64,000 nt of DNA from the human T2T-CHM13v2.0 reference genome, Homo sapiens: assembly GCF_009914755.1 (NCBI RefSeq), contig NC_060927.1; one strand, 5' to 3'. The number at the start of each line of letters is the position of its first letter. Position 1 is the first letter of the stretch. The notes under the pieces are model-generated. The model did no database searches. It was not told the DNA's origin and was given only the letters and a program-made list of their open reading frames with translations. The position numbers and the translations under genes were made by a program. This document shows, piece by piece, positions 41,501 to 62,000 of the stretch.

Positions 41501-44500
41501 CTACAAAAAGAGCGTTTCAGAACTACTCTATTAAGAGGAAGGTTAAACTCGGCGTATAGAATGCACACATCACAAAGCAGTTTCTGAGAATGAATCTGGC
41601 TAGTTTTTCCATGAAGATATTTCCTTTCCTACCACAGGCCCAAAACCGCTCTAAATATCCACTTGGAATTTCTACAAAAAGATTATTTCAAAACTGCTCT
41701 ATCAAAAGGAAGGTTCAACTCTGTGAGTAGAATGCACACATCACAAAGAAGTTTCTGATAATTCCTCTGTCAAGTTTTATATGAAGAAATCACGTTTCCA
41801 ATGAAGGCCTCCAAAAAGCCCAAATATTCACTTGCAGATTCTACAAAAAGAGTGTTTCAAAACAGCTCTATCAAAAGAAATTTTAAACTCTGTGAGTTGA
41901 ATGCACACATCACAAAGTAGTTTCTGAGATTCCTTCTGTCTAGTTTTTCTATGAAATTATTGCCTTTTCTACCATAGGCATCAAACGGCACTAAATATCC
42001 GCTTGGAAATTCTAGAGAAAGTGAGCTTCAAAACTGCTGTATCGAAAAGAAGGTTCAACCCAGTGAGTTGAAAGCACACATGACAAAGAAGTTTCTGAGA
42101 ATTCTTCTGTCTAGTTTTATATGAAGAAATCACGTTTCAAACGAAGGCTACAAAGGGGTCCAAATACCCAATTGCAGATTCTACAAAAAGAGTGTTTCAA
42201 AACTGCTCCATCAAGAGGAATGTTCAACTCTGTGGCTTGAATGCAAATATCGCAAAGTAGTTTCTGATAATGCCTCTGTGTAGTTTTTATGTGAAGGTTT
42301 TTCCTTTTCTACCATAGGCCTCAAAGCGCTGTAAATATGCACTTGCAAATTCCACAAAAATAGTGTTTCAAAACTGCTCTTTCAAAAGAAAGGTTAAATT
42401 CTGTGAGTTGACCGCACACATCACAAAATAGTTTCTGAGAATCACTCTATCTAGTTTTTCTATGAAGATATTGCCTTTTCTAACATAGGCCTCCAACGGC
42501 GCTAAATATCTACTTGGAAATTCTACAAAAAGAGAGTTTCAAAACTATTCTATCAAAAGGAAGGTTCAACTCTGTGAGTTGAAAGCACACATCACAAAGA
42601 AGTTTCTGAAAATTCTTCTGTCTAGTTTTATATGAAAAAATCTCGTTTCAAACGAAGGTAAACAAGAGTTCCAAATATCCACCTGCAGATTCTTCAAAAA
42701 GAGTGTTTCAAAACTGCTCTGTCAAGAGGAATGTTCATCTCTGTTAGTTTAATGCAAATATCACAAAGAAGTTTCTGACAATGCTTCTGTCTAGTATTTA
42801 TGTGAAGATATTTCCATTTCTACCTTAGGCCAAGAAGCGCTCTAAATATATACTTGCAAATTTCACAAAAAGAGTGTTTCAAAACTGCTCTATCAAAAGA
42901 AGTGTTAAACTCTATAAGCTGAATGCACACATCAAAATGTAGTTTCTGAGAATTATTCTGTCTAGGTTTTCTATGAAGATATTTCCTTTTCTACCGTAGG
43001 CCACAAACCGCTCTAAATATCCGCTTGGAAATTCTGCAAAAGAATATTTGAAAACTTCTCTTTCGAAAGGAAGGTTCAACTCTGTGAGCTGAATGCACAC
43101 ATCACAAAGGAGTTTCTGAGAATTGTTCTATCAAGTTTTACATGAAGAAATCCCGTTTCCAACGAAGGCCCCAAAAAGGTCAAATGTTCACTTGCAGACT
43201 CTACAAAAAGTGTGTTTCAAAACTGTTCTGTCAAAAGAAAGGTTAAACTCTGCGAGTTTAACGCACACATCACAAAGTAGTTTCTGAAAATCATTGTCTC
43301 AAGTTTTTCTATGAAGATATTGGGTTTTCTACCATAGGCCTCAAACGGGGTTAAATATCCAACTGGAAATTCTACAAAAAGAGCGTTTCAAAGCTATTCT
43401 ATCGAAACGATGGTTCAAATCTGTGAGTTGAAAGCACACATCACAAAGAAGATTCTGAGAATTCTTCTGTCAGTTTTATATAAAGGAATCACGTTTCAAA
43501 TGAAGGTCCCAAAAGGTCCAAATATCCACTTGCAGATTCTTCGAAAAGAGTGTTTCAAAACTGCTCTATCAACAGGAATGTTCAACTCGGTGAGTTGAAT
43601 GCAAACATCAAAACGTTTCTGACTATGCTTCCGTCTGGTTTTCATGTGAAGATATTTCCTTTTCTACCATAGGCCTCAAACCGTTCTAAATCTCCACTTG
43701 GAAATTCTACAAAAAGAGTATTTCAAAACTGCTCTACCGATAGGAAGGTTCAACGCTGTGAGTTGAATGCAGACATCACAAAGTAGTTTCTGATAATTCT
43801 TCTGTCAAATTTTATATGAAGAAATCCAGTTTCCAACGTAGGCCTCAAAAAATTCCAAATATTCACTTGCAGATTTTACAAAATAGTGTTTCAAAACTGC
43901 TCTATCAAGAGTAATGTTCAACTCTGTCAGTTGAATGCAAACAATACAAAGGAGTTTCTGAGAATGCTTCTGTCTAGTTTTTATGTGAAGATATTTCCTT
44001 TTCTACCGTTGGTCTCAAAGCGCTCTAAATATACACTTGCAAATTCCACAAAAACAGTGTTTCAAAACTGCTCTATCAAAGAACGGTTAAACTCTGTAAA
44101 GTGAATGCACACATCACAAAATAGTTTCTGATAATGATTCTGTCTAGTATTACTATGAAGATATTTACTTTTCTACAACAGACCCCAAACCGCTCTTAAT
44201 ATCCACTTGTAAATTCTGGAAAAAGTGTATTTCAAAGCTGCTCTATTGAAAGGAAGGTTCAACTCTGGGACTTGAATGCACACATCACATAGAAGTTTCT
44301 GAGAATTCTTCTGTCAACTTTTGTATGAAGAAATCCCGTTTCCAATGAAGGCTTCAAAAAAGTTCAAATATTCAGTTGTTGATTCTACAAAAAGAGTGTT
44401 TCAAAACTGCACTATCAAAGGAAAGGTTAAACTCTTTGAGTTGAACGCACACACCACAAAGTAGTTTCTGAGAATAATTCTGTCTAGTTTTTCTATGAAG

Positions 44501-46800
44501 TTATTTCATTTTATACCATAGGCCTCAAACGGCACTAAATATCCTCTTGGAAACTCTACAAAAAGATTGTTTCAAAACGGCTCTATCTAAAGGAAGGTTC
44601 ATCTCTGTGAGTTGAAAGCAAACAACACAAAGTAGTTTCTGAGAATTCTACTGCCTAGTTTTATATGAAGAAATCACGTTTCAAACGAAGGCCACCAAGA
44701 CGTCCAAATATCCACCTGCAGATTATACAAAAAGTTTGTTTCAAAAGTGCTCTATCAAAAGAAAGGTTAAACTCTGTAAGCTGAATGCACACATCAGTAA
44801 GTAGTTTCTGATAATGATTCTGTCTAGTTTTTCAGTGAAGATATTACTTTTTCTACCACAGGCCTCAATCCGCTCTAAATATCCACTTGGAAATACAACA
44901 AAAAGAGTATTTCAAAACTGCTCTATCGAAAGGAAGGTTCAACTCGGTGTGTTGAATGCGCACATCACAAAGAAGTTTCTGAGAATTCTTCTGTCAAGTT
45001 TATATGAAGAAAACCCGTTTCCAGGGAAGGCCTCAAAAAAGTCCAAATATTCACCCTCAGATTCTACAAAAAGAGTTTTTCAAACCTGCTCTATCTAAAG
45101 AAACGTTAAACAAGGTGGGTTGAACGCACACACCACAAAGTAGTTTCTGAGAATCATTATGTCTAGTTTTTCTATGAAGATATTGCCTTTTCTACCATAG
45201 GCCTCAAACGGCGCTAAATATCTACTTGGAAATTCTACAAAAAGAAAGTGTCAAAACTGATGTATCGAAAGGAAGGTTCAATTCTGTGAGTGGAAAGCAC
45301 ACATCACAAAGAAGTTGCTGGCAATTCTTCGGTCTAGTTTTATAGGAAGAAATCACGTTTCAAACGAAGGGCTCAAGAGATCTAAATATCCACTTGCAGA
45401 TTCTACAGAAAGAGTGTTTCAAAACAGCTCTATCAAGAGGAATGTTCAGCTCTGTGAGTTGAATCCAAATATCACAAAGCAGTTTCTGACACTGCTTCTG
45501 TCTAGTTTTTATGTGAAGATATTTCCTTTTCTAACGTAGACCTCAATGTGCACTAATTGTACACTTGCAAATTCCACAAAAAGAGTGTTTTAAAACTGCT
45601 CTATCAATAGAAAAGTTAAACTCTGTGAGGTGAATGCACACATCACAAAGAAGTTTCTGAGAATGATTCTGTCTAGTTTTTCTATGAAGGTATTTTCTTT
45701 TCTATCATAGGCACCAACAGCTCTAAATATCCACTTGGAAATTCTACAAAAAGAGTATTTCTAAACTGTTATATAGAAAGGAAGGTTCAACTCCGTGAGC
45801 AGAATGCACACATCACAAAGAAGTTTCTGAGAATTCTACTGTCAAGTATTATATGAAGAAAACCGGTTTCCAACGAAGGCCACAAAAAAGTCCAAATATT
45901 CAATTGCAGGTTCTACAAAAAAAGTGCTTCAACACTGCTCTATCAAAAGAAAGGTTAAACTCTGTGAGTTGAACCCACACATCACAAAGTAGTTTCTGAG
46001 AATCATTCTGTCTTGTTTTTCTATGAAGATATTGCCTTTTCTACAATGGGCCTCAAACGGCGCTAAATATCCACTTGGAAATCCTACAAAAAGAGAGTTT
46101 CAAAACTGCTCTATCGAAAGGAAGGTTCAACTATGTGAGTTGAAAACACACATCACAAAGAAGTTTATGAGAATTCTTTGGTCTAGTATTATAGGAAGAA
46201 ATCACCTTTCAAACGAAGGTCACAAGAGATCAAAATATCCACTTGCAGATTCTACAGAAAGAGCGTTTCAAAACAGGTCTATCAAGAGGAATGTTCAGCT
46301 CTGTGAGTTGAATCCAAATATCACAAAGCAGTTTCTGACACTGCTTCTGTCTAGTTTTTATGTGAAGATATTTCCTTTTCTAACGTAGACCTCAAAATGC
46401 AGAAATTATACATTGCAAATTCCACAAAAAGAGTGTTTCAAAACTGCTCTATCAATAGAAAGTTTAAACTCTGTGAGGTGAATGCACACATCACAAAGAA
46501 GTTTCTGAGAATAATTCTGTCTAGTTTTTCTATGAAGGTATTTCCTTTTCTATCATAGGCTGAAACATCTCCAAATATCCACCTGGAAATTCTACACAAA
46601 GAGAATTTGTAAACTGCTCTATAGAAAGGAAGGTTCAATTCTGTGAGCTGAATGCACACATCACAAAAGTTTCTGAGAATTCTTCTGTCAAGTTTTATGT
46701 GAAGAAAACCGGTTTCCACCGAAGGCCACAAAAAAGTCCAAATTTTCACTTGCAGGTTCTACAAAAAAAGTGCTTCAACACTGCTCTATCAAAAGAAAGG
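41501..46800 (-). repeat. Alpha satellite, pentamer-type domain
   Basis: Same B'-A1-A2-B-A3 diagnostic variants as 6.5-37.4 kb. Confidence 0.85.
43151..43167 (-). promoter_or_regulatory. Canonical CENP-B box
   Basis: tcccgtttccaacgaag. Confidence 0.9.
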
Positions 46801-46830
46801 TTAAACTCTGTGAGTTGAACGCACACATCA
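45230..46830. repeat. Tandem duplication of one pentamer (~850 bp)
   Basis: gaatccaaatatcacaaagcagtttctgacactgc, ctaacgtagacctc, tatcaatagaaa, aaaaccggtttcc and gcaggttctacaaaaaaagtgcttcaacac each occur twice, ~846-850 bp apart. Confidence 0.88.
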
Positions 46831-49000
46831 CAAAGAAGTTTCTGAGAATTCTTCTGTCTAGTTTTATGTGAAGAAATCCCGTTTCCAACAAAGGCCTCAA
46901 AGAGGTTCAAATAGCCACCGTCAGATTCTACAAAAAGAGTGTTTCAAAACTGCTCTATCAAGAGGAAATTTCAACTCCGTGAGTTGAATGCAAACATCAC
47001 AAAGTAGTTTCTGAGAATGCTTCTGTCTAGTTTTTATATGAAGATATATCCTTTCCTACCATAGGCCTCAAAGAACTCTAAATATCCACTTGCAAACTAC
47101 AAAAAGAGTGTTTCAAAACTGCTCTATCTGAGAATATTTCTGTGTACTTTTTCTGTGAAGATATATCGCTTTCTACCATAGGCCTCAAAGTGCTCTAAAT
47201 ACACACTTGCAAATTCAACAAAAAGAGTGTTTCAAAACTGCTCTATCAAAAGAAAGTTTATACTCAGTGAGTTGAATGCACACATTATAAAGTGCTTTCT
47301 GATTTTGATTTTCTCTAGTGCTTATATGATGATATTACCTTTTATACTATAGGCCTAAAAGCGTCCTAAATATCCACTTGGAAATTCTACAAAAAGAGTG
47401 TTTCAAAACTGCTCTTTTGAAAGGAACATTCAACTCTGTGAGTTGAATGCACACATCACAAAGAAGCTTCTGAGAATTCTTCTGTCTAGTTTTATGTGAA
47501 GAAATCACGTTTCAAACGAAGACCACAAAGAGGTCCAAATATCCACTTGCAGATCCTAGAAAAAGAGTGTTACAAACTGCTCTATCAAAAGGAATGTTTA
47601 ACTCTGCGGGTTGAATGCATACATCACAAAGTAGTTTCTGAGAATGCTTCTGTCTAGTTTTTATGTGAAGATGTTTCCTTTTCTACCGTAGGCCTCAAAG
47701 CGCTCTAAATACCCACTTACAAACTCTACAAAAAGAGTGTTTCAAAACCGCTCTATCAAAAGGAAGGTTCACCTCTGTGAGTTGAGTACAGACATCACAA
47801 AGTAGTTTCTGAGAATACTTTGTCTCCTTTTTTTATGTGAAGATATTCCCGTTTCCAAAGAAAACCTCAAAGCGCTCCAAATATCCAGATGCAGACTTTA
47901 CAAACACAGTGTTTGAAAACCGCTCTATCAAAAGAAGGGTTAAACTCTGTGAGTTGAAGGCACACATCACAAAGTAGTTTCTGGGAATAATTCTGTCTAG
48001 TTTTTGTATGAAGATATTCAGTTTTCTACCATAGGATTCAATGTGCTCTAAATATTCTCTTGGAAATTCTACAAAAAGAGTGTTTCAAATCTGCTCTATC
48101 AAAAGGAATGTTCAACTCTGTGAATTGGATGCACACATCACAAAGAAGTCTCTGAGAACTCTTCTGTCTAGTTTTATATGAAGAAATCCCGTTTACAACG
48201 AAGGCCTCATAGTGGTCCAAATATCCACTAGAAGATTCTGCAAAAAGAGTGTTTCAAAACTGCTCTGTCAAGTGGAAAGTTCAACTCTGTGAGTTGAATG
48301 CGAACATCACAAAGCAGTTTCTGAGAATACTTCTTTTTCGTTTTTATGTGAAGATATTTCCTTCTCTACCGTAGACTTCAAAGCACTCTAAATACACACT
48401 TGCAAATTATACAAAAAGACTGTTTCAAAACTCCTCTATCAAAATAAAGGTTATACTCAGTGAGTTGAATACACGCATCACTAAGTAGTTTCAGAGAATG
48501 CTTCTGTCTTGTTTTTATGTGAAGGTAATTCCTTTTCTAACATTGGCCTCAAAACGCTCTAAATATCCACTTGCAAACTCTACAAAAAGAGTGTTTCTAA
48601 ACTGCTCTATCAAAAGGAATATTCACCTCTGTGAGTTGAGTACAGACATCACAAAGAAATTCCTGAGAATTCTTCTGTCTAGTTTTATATGAAGAAATCC
48701 CTTTTCCAACGAAGGCCTCTAAGAGGTCTAAATATCCACCTGCAGATTCTACAAAAAGAGTGTTTCAAAACGGCTCTATCAAGAGGAATGCTCAACTCTG
48801 TGAGTTGAATGCAAACACAACAAAGGAGTTTCTGAGAATGCTTCTGTGTAGTTTTTCTACGAAGATATTTCCTTTTCTACTATAGGCCTCAAAGCGCTCT
48901 AAATACACACTTGCAAGATCTACAAAAAGAGTGTTTCAAAACTGCTCTATTGAAAGGAACTTTCACATCTGCGAGTTGAATGCACACATCAAAAAGAAGT
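46801..49000 (-). repeat. Alpha satellite, tetramer-type domain (third block; paralogous to 2.7-3.9 kb and 37.5-38.0 kb)
   Basis: 'gagtacagac' at ~47784 and ~48638; shares private variants with the two other blocks. Confidence 0.85.
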
Positions 49001-54630
<5,630 letters not shown>

Positions 54631-55242
54631 AGGATATTTTCTTTTTAACCATAGGCCTCAAACGGCGATAGATATCCACTTGGAAATTCTACAAAAAGAG
54701 AGTTTCAAAACTGCTCTATCGAAAGGAAGGTTCAACTTTGTGAGTTGAAAGCACACATCACAAAGAAGTTTCTGAGAATTCTTCTGTCTAGTTTTATATG
54801 AAGAAATCACATTTCAAACGAAGGGCACAAAGAGGTCCAAATATCCACATGCAGATTCTACAATAGGAGTGTTTCAAAACTGCTCTATCAGGAGGAATTG
54901 TCAATTCTGTGAGATGAATACAAATATCACAAATTAGTTTCTGACAATGCTTCTGTCAAGTTTTTATGGGAAGATATTTCCTTTTCTACCGTAGACCTCA
55001 AAGCACTCTAAATATACAGTTGCAAATTACACACAAAGAGTATTTCAGAACTGCTCTATCAAAAGATAGGTGAAACTCTGTAAGTTGAATGCCACTATCA
55101 CAAAGTAGTTTCTGACAATGCTTCTGTCTAGTTTTTATGTGAAGATATTTCCTTATCTACCGTAGGCCTGAAAGCGATCTAAATATACACTTGCAAATTC
55201 CACAAAAAGAGTGTTTCAAAACTGCTCTATCAAAAGAAAGGT

Positions 55243-55348
55243 TAAACTCTGTAAGCTGAATGCACACATCACAAAGCAGTTTCTGATAATTTTTCTAAAC
55301 TCTGTAAGCTGAATGCACACATCACAAAGCAGTTTCTGATAATTTTTC
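55243..55348. repeat. Perfect 53-bp tandem duplication inside a monomer
   Basis: taaactctgtaagctgaatgcacacatcacaaagcagtttctgataatttttc at 55243-55295 and 55296-55348. Confidence 0.95.
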
Positions 55349-56007
55349 TATCTATCTAGTTTTTTTATGAAGATATTTCCTTTTCTACCACAGGCGACAA
55401 ACCGCTATAAATATCCACTTGGAAATTCTATAAAAACAGTCTTTCAAAACTGCTCTATCGAAAGGAAGATTCATCCCTTTTAGTTGAACTCACACAACAC
55501 AATGAACTTTCTGAAAATTCTTATGTCAAGTTTTTTATGAAGAAATCCCGTTTCAAAAGAAGGCCTCAAAATATACAAATATTAATTTGCAGATTCTACA
55601 AAAAGAGTGTTTCAAAACTGCTCTATAAAGAAGAATGTTCAACTCTGGGAGTTGAATGCAAATATCAAAATGTAGTTTCTGACAATGCCTCTGTCTAGTT
55701 TTATGTGAAGATAATTCCTTTTCTACCATAGGCCTCAAAGCCCTCTCAATATAAACTTGCAAATTCCACAAAAAGAGTGTTCAAAACTGCTCTGTCAAGT
55801 GAAAGGTTAAACTCTGTAACCTGAATGCCAACATCACAAATTAGTTTCTGAGAATGATTCTGTCCAATTTTTCTATCCACTTGGAAATTCTACAATAAGA
55901 GAGTTTCATAACTGCTCTAAGGATAGGAAGGTTCAACTCTGTGTGTTGGAAGCACACATCAGAAAGAAGTTTCTGAGAATTCTTCTATCAACTTTTATAT
56001 GAAGAAA

Positions 56008-56024
56008 TCCCGTTTCCAACGAAG
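56008..56024 (-). promoter_or_regulatory. Canonical CENP-B box
   Basis: tcccgtttccaacgaag. Confidence 0.9.
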
Positions 56025-59000
56025 GCCACAAAATTCCAAATATTCACTTGCAGATCCTACAAATAGAGTGCTTCAAAACTGCTCTACCAAAAGAAAGGTT
56101 AAACTCTTTGAGTTGAACGCACACACCACAAAGTAGTTTCTGAGAATCATTGTGTCTTGTTTCTCAAAGAAGATATTGTCTTTTCTACCATAGGCCTCAA
56201 ACGGAGTGAAATATCCACTTGGAAATTCTACAAAATGTGAATCTCAAAACTGCTCATTCAAAAGGAAGTTTCAACTCTGTGAGTTGAAAGGACACATCAC
56301 AAAGAAGTTTCTTAGAATTCTTCTATCGAGTTTTATTTGAAGAAATCACGTTTCAAACGAAGACCCCAAAGAGGTCCAAATATCCACTTGCAGATTCTAC
56401 AAAAAGAGTGTTTCAAAACTGCTCTATCAAGAGGAATGTTCACCTGTGTGAGTTGAATGCAAATATCACAAAGTAGTTTCTGACATTTCTTCTGTCTAGT
56501 TTTTAGGTGAAGATATTTCCTTTTCTACCGTAGGCCTCAAAGCGCTCTAAATATATACTTGCAAATTCCACAAAAAGAGTGCTTCAACACTGCTCTACAA
56601 AAGAAAGGGTAATCTCTGTATGCTGAATGAACACACCGCAAAATGTTTTGAGAATGATTCTGTCTAGTTTTTCTATGAAGTTATATCCTTTTCTTCCACA
56701 GGCCTCAAACCGCTCTAAATACTCACTTGGAAATTTTACAAAAAGAGTATTTCAAAAGTGCTCTATCGAAACGAAGGTTCAACTCTGTGAGTTAAAAGCA
56801 CACATCACAAAGAAGATTCTGAGAATTCTCCTGTCACGTTTTATATGAAGAAATCTCGTTTCCAACGAAGGCCCCCAAAACGTCCAAATATTCGTTGCGG
56901 ATTCTACAAAAAGTGTTTCAAAACTGCTCTATCAAAAGAAAGGTTAAAATCTGTGAGTTGAACTCACACATCACAAAGTAGTTTCTGAGAATCATTCTGT
57001 CAAATTTTTCTATGAAGATATTGCCTTTTCTAACATAGGCCTCAAACGGCGGCAAATATCCACTTGGAAATTCTACAAAAAGACAGTTTCAAAACTGCTC
57101 TATCGAAAGGAAGGTTCAACTCTGTGAGTTGAAAGCACACATCACAAAGAAGTTCCTGAGAATTCTTCTGTCTATTTTTATATGAAGAAATCACGTTTCA
57201 AATGAAGACCTCAAAGAGGTCCAAATGTCCACTTGCAGATTCTACTAAAAGAGTGTTTCAAAACTGCTCTATCAAGAGGAATGTTCAACTCTGTGAGTTG
57301 AATGCAAATATCACAAAGTAGTTTCTGACAATGCTTCTGTCTAGTTTTTATGTGAAGATATATCCTTTTCTGCCGTAGGCCTCAAGGAGCTCTAAATATA
57401 CACTTGCAAATTCCACAAAAAAAGTTTTTTTCAAAACTGCTCTATCAAAAGAAAGGTTAAACTCCGTAACCCGAATGCACACATCACAAAGTAGTTTCTG
57501 AGAATGATTCTGTCTAGATTTTCTATGAAGATATTTCCTTTTCTACCATAGGCCTCAAACCCCTCTAAATATCCACTTGGAAATTCAGCAAAAAGATTAT
57601 TTCAAACCTGCTCTATCGAAAAAAAGGTTCAACACTGTGAGTTGAATGCAGAAATCCCAAAGAAGTTTCTGAGAATTCTTCTGTCACGTTTTAAATGAAG
57701 AAATCTCGTTTCCAACGGAGGCCCCAAAAAAGTCCAAATATTCCATTGCAGATTCTACAAAAAGAGTGTTTCAAAACTGCTCTATCAAAAGAAAAGTTAA
57801 ACTCTGTGAGTTGAACGCACACATGGCAAAGTAGTTTCTGAGAATCATTCTGTCTAGTTTTTCTATGAAGATATTGCCTTTTCTACCATAGGCCTCAAAC
57901 AGCACTAAATATCCACTTGGAAATACTACAAAAACAGAGTTTCAAAACTGCTCTATCAAAAGAAAGGTTCAACTCTGTGAGTTGAAAGCACACATCACAA
58001 AGTAGTTTCTTAGAATTCTTCTGTGTAGTTTTATACAAAGAAATCACGTTTCTAACGAATGCCACAAAGAGGTCTAAATATCCACTCGCAGATACTACAA
58101 AAATAGTGTTTCAAAACTGCTCTATCAAAAGAAAAGTTAAACTCTGTGAGTTGAATGCACTCATCTCAAAGAAGTTTCTGAGAATCCTTCTGTCTAGTTT
58201 TTCTATGAAGATATTTTCTGTTCTACCATAGGCCTCAAACCACGCTAAATATCTATCCAATTGGAAATTTTACAAAAAGACAGTTTCAAAATTGCTCTAT
58301 CGATAGGAAGCTTCAAATCTGTGAGTTGAAAGCACACAATACAAAGAAGTTTCTGATAATTTTTCTGTCTAGTTTTATATGAATAAATCACATTTCAAAC
58401 GAAGGCCACAAAGAGGTCCAAATATCCACCTGCAGATTCTACAAAAAGGGTGTTTCAAAACTGCTCTATCAAGAGGAATGCTCAACTCTGTGAGTTAAAT
58501 GCAAATATCACAAAGCAGTTTCTGACAAAGCTTCTGTCTAGTTTCTATGTGAAGATATTTCTTTTTCTACTGTAGGCCTCAAAGCGCCCTAAATGAACAA
58601 AAATTCCACAGAAAGAGTGTTTCAAAACTGCTCTATCAAAAGAAAGGTTAAATTCTATAAGCTCAATGCTCACATCAAAAAGCAGTTTCTCACAATGATT
58701 CTGTCCAGTTTTTCTAAGAAGATATTTCCTTTTCTACGACAGACCTAAACACCTCTCCAAATATCCACTTGGATATTTTGCAAAAAGAGTATTTCAAAAC
58801 TTCTCTATAGAAAGGAAGGTTCAACTCTGTGAGTTGAATGCACACATCAGAAAGAAGTTTCTGAGAATTTTTCTGTCAAGTTTTATATGAAGAAATGCAG
58901 TTTCAAACGAAGGCCTCAAAAAAGTCAAAAATATTCACTTGCAGATTCGACAAAAAGAGTGTATCAAAACTGCTCTATCAACAGAAAGTTTAAACTCGGT

Positions 59001-62000
59001 GAGTTGAACCCACATATCACAAATTAGTTTCTGAGCATCATTCGGTCTAGTATTTCTATTAAGATATTTCCTTTATAACATAGGCCTGAAATGGCACTCA
59101 ATATCCACTTCGAAATCCTACAAAATGTGAGTTTCAAAATCGCTCTATTAAAAGGAAAGTTCAATTCTGTGAGTTGAAAGCACACAGCACAAAGAAGTTT
59201 CTGAGAATTATTCTGTCTAGTTTTATATGAAGAAATGACTTTTCAAAAGAAGGCTACAAAGAGGCCCAAATATCCACTTGCAGATTCTACATAAATAGTG
59301 TTTCAAAACTGCTCTATCAAGAGGAATGTTCAACTCTGTGAGTTGAAAGCACACATCACAAAGATGTTTCTTAGAATTCTTCTGTGAAGTTTTATACGAA
59401 GAAATCATGTTTCTAACGAAAGTGACAAAGAGTTCTAAATATACACTCACAGATACTACAAAAAGGCTGTTTCAAAACAGCTCTATCAAAAGAAAGGTTA
59501 AACTCTGTGAGTTGAACGCACTCATCACAAAGTAGTTTCTGAGAATCATTCTGTCTAGTTTTTATTTGAAGATATTTCCTTTTCTACCATAGGCCTCAAA
59601 CCGCTCTAAATATCCACTTGGAAAATCTACAAAAAGAGTATTTCAAAACTGCTCTAATGAAAGGACGGTTCAGCACTGTGAGTTGAAAGCACACATCACA
59701 AATAAGTTTCGGAGAATTCTTCTGTCTAGTTTTATATGAAGAAATCACGTTTCAAACAAAGATCACAGAGAGTTTCAATTATCTACTTGCAGATTCTTCA
59801 AAAGAGTTTTTCAAAACTGCTCTATCAAGAGGAAAGTTCAAATCTGTTAGTTGAATGCAAATATCACAAAGTTGTTTCTGACAATACTTCTATCTAGTTT
59901 TATGTGAAGATATTTCCTTTTCTATCGTATGCCTCAAAGCACTCTAAATACACACTTGCAAATTCCACAAAAACATTGCTTCAAAAGTGCTCTATCAAAA
60001 AAATATTAAACTCTGTAAGCTGAATTCACACTGCACTAAGTTGTTTCTGAGAGTGATTCTGCCTAGTTTTTTATGAAGTTATTTCCTTTTCTACCAAGGG
60101 CCTCAAACCGCTCTAAATATCCACTTGGAAATTCTACGAAAATAATATTTAAAAACTGCTCTATTGCAAGGAAGGTTCAACACTGTGAGTTGAATGCAAA
60201 CATCACAAAGAAGTTTCTAAGAGTTCTTCTGTCAGGTTTTATATGAAGAAATCCCGTTTCCAAAGAGGGCCTCACAAAAGTCCAAATATTCACTTGCAGA
60301 TACTACAAAAAGAGTGTTTCAAAAATGCTCTATCAAAAGAAAGGTTAAACCCTGTGAGTTGAACGCTCACATCACAAAATAGTTTCTGAGAATGATTCTG
60401 TCTAGTATTCTATGTAGATTGTGCCTTTTCTAACATAGGCCCCAAACGGCGCTAAATATCCACTTAGAAATTCCACAAAAAGATAGTTTCAAAACTGCTC
60501 TACGAAAGGAAGGTTGAACACTGTGAATTGAAAGCAAACATCACAAAGAAGTTTCTGAGAATTCTTCTGTCTAGTTTTACATGAAGAAATCACGTTTCAA
60601 AAGAAGACCACAAAGAACTCCAAATATCCACTTGCAGATTCTACAAAAAGAGTGTTTCAAAACTGCTCTATCAAGAGGAACGTTCAACTCTGTGAGTTGA
60701 ATGCAAATATCAAAAAGAAGTTTCTCACAATGCTTCTGTCTAGTTTTTATGTGAAGATATTTCCTTTTCTGCCGTAGGCCTCAAAGCTCTCTAAATATCG
60801 AGTTGGAAATACAACAAAAAGGGAATTTCAAAACTGCTCTATGGAAAGGAAGGTTCAATTCTGTGAGTTGAATGCACAAATCAGAAAGAAGTTTCTGAGA
60901 ATTCTTCTGTAAAGTTTAATATGAAGAAAACCCGTTTCCAACGAAGGCCTCAAAAAAGTCCAAATGTTCTCCTGCAGTTTCTACAAAAAGGGTGCTTCAA
61001 AACTGCACTATCAAAAGAAAGGTTAAACTCTGTGAATTGAATGCACACATCACAAAGTAGTTTCTGAAAATCATTCTGTCTAGTTTTTCTATGAAGACTT
61101 TGATTTTTCTACCATAGGCCACAAACGGTGCTAAATACCCACTTGGAAAAGCTACAAAAAGACAGTTTCAAAACTGCTCCATCGAAAGGAAGGTTCAAGT
61201 CTGTGAGTTCAAAGCATACATCACAAAGAAGTTTCTGAGAATTCTTCTGTCTAGTTTTATATGAAGAAATCACATTTCAAACGAAGACCACAAAGAGGTC
61301 GAAATATGCACTCGCAGATTCTACAAAAAGTGTATTTCAAAACTGTCCTATCGAGAGAAATGTTCAACTCTGTGAGTTGAATGCAAATATCACAGAGTAC
61401 TTCCTGACAATGAATCTGTCTAGTTTTTATGTGAAGATATTTCCTTTTCTACCATAGGCCTCAAAGCGCTCTAAATATACACTTGCAAATTCTACAAAAA
61501 GAGTGTTTCAAAACTGCTCTTATCAAAGGTAAGATTAAACTCTGTAAGCTGAATACACACATCACAAAGTAGTTTCTGAGAATGATTCTGTCTAGTTTTT
61601 CTATGAAGATATTTCCATCTCTACTAGAGGCCTCAAACCGCTCTAAATATCTACTTGGAAATTCTACAAAAAGATTATTTCAAAACTGCTCTAACGAAAG
61701 GAAGCTACATCACTGTGTGTGGAATGCACAGATCACAAAGAAGTTTCTGAGAATTCTTGTGTCAAGTTTCATATGAAGAAATCCCGTTTACAAAGAAGGT
61801 CTCAAAAAAGTCCAAATATTCACTAGGAGATCTTACAAGAAGAGTGTTTCACAACTGCTCTATGAAAAGAAAGATTAAACTCCGTGGGTTGATCGCACAC
61901 ATCACAAAGTAGTTTCTGCGAATCATTCTTTCTAATTTTCCTATGAAGATATTTCCTTTTCTACCTTAGGCCAGAAACGGTGCTAAATATCCACTTGGAA

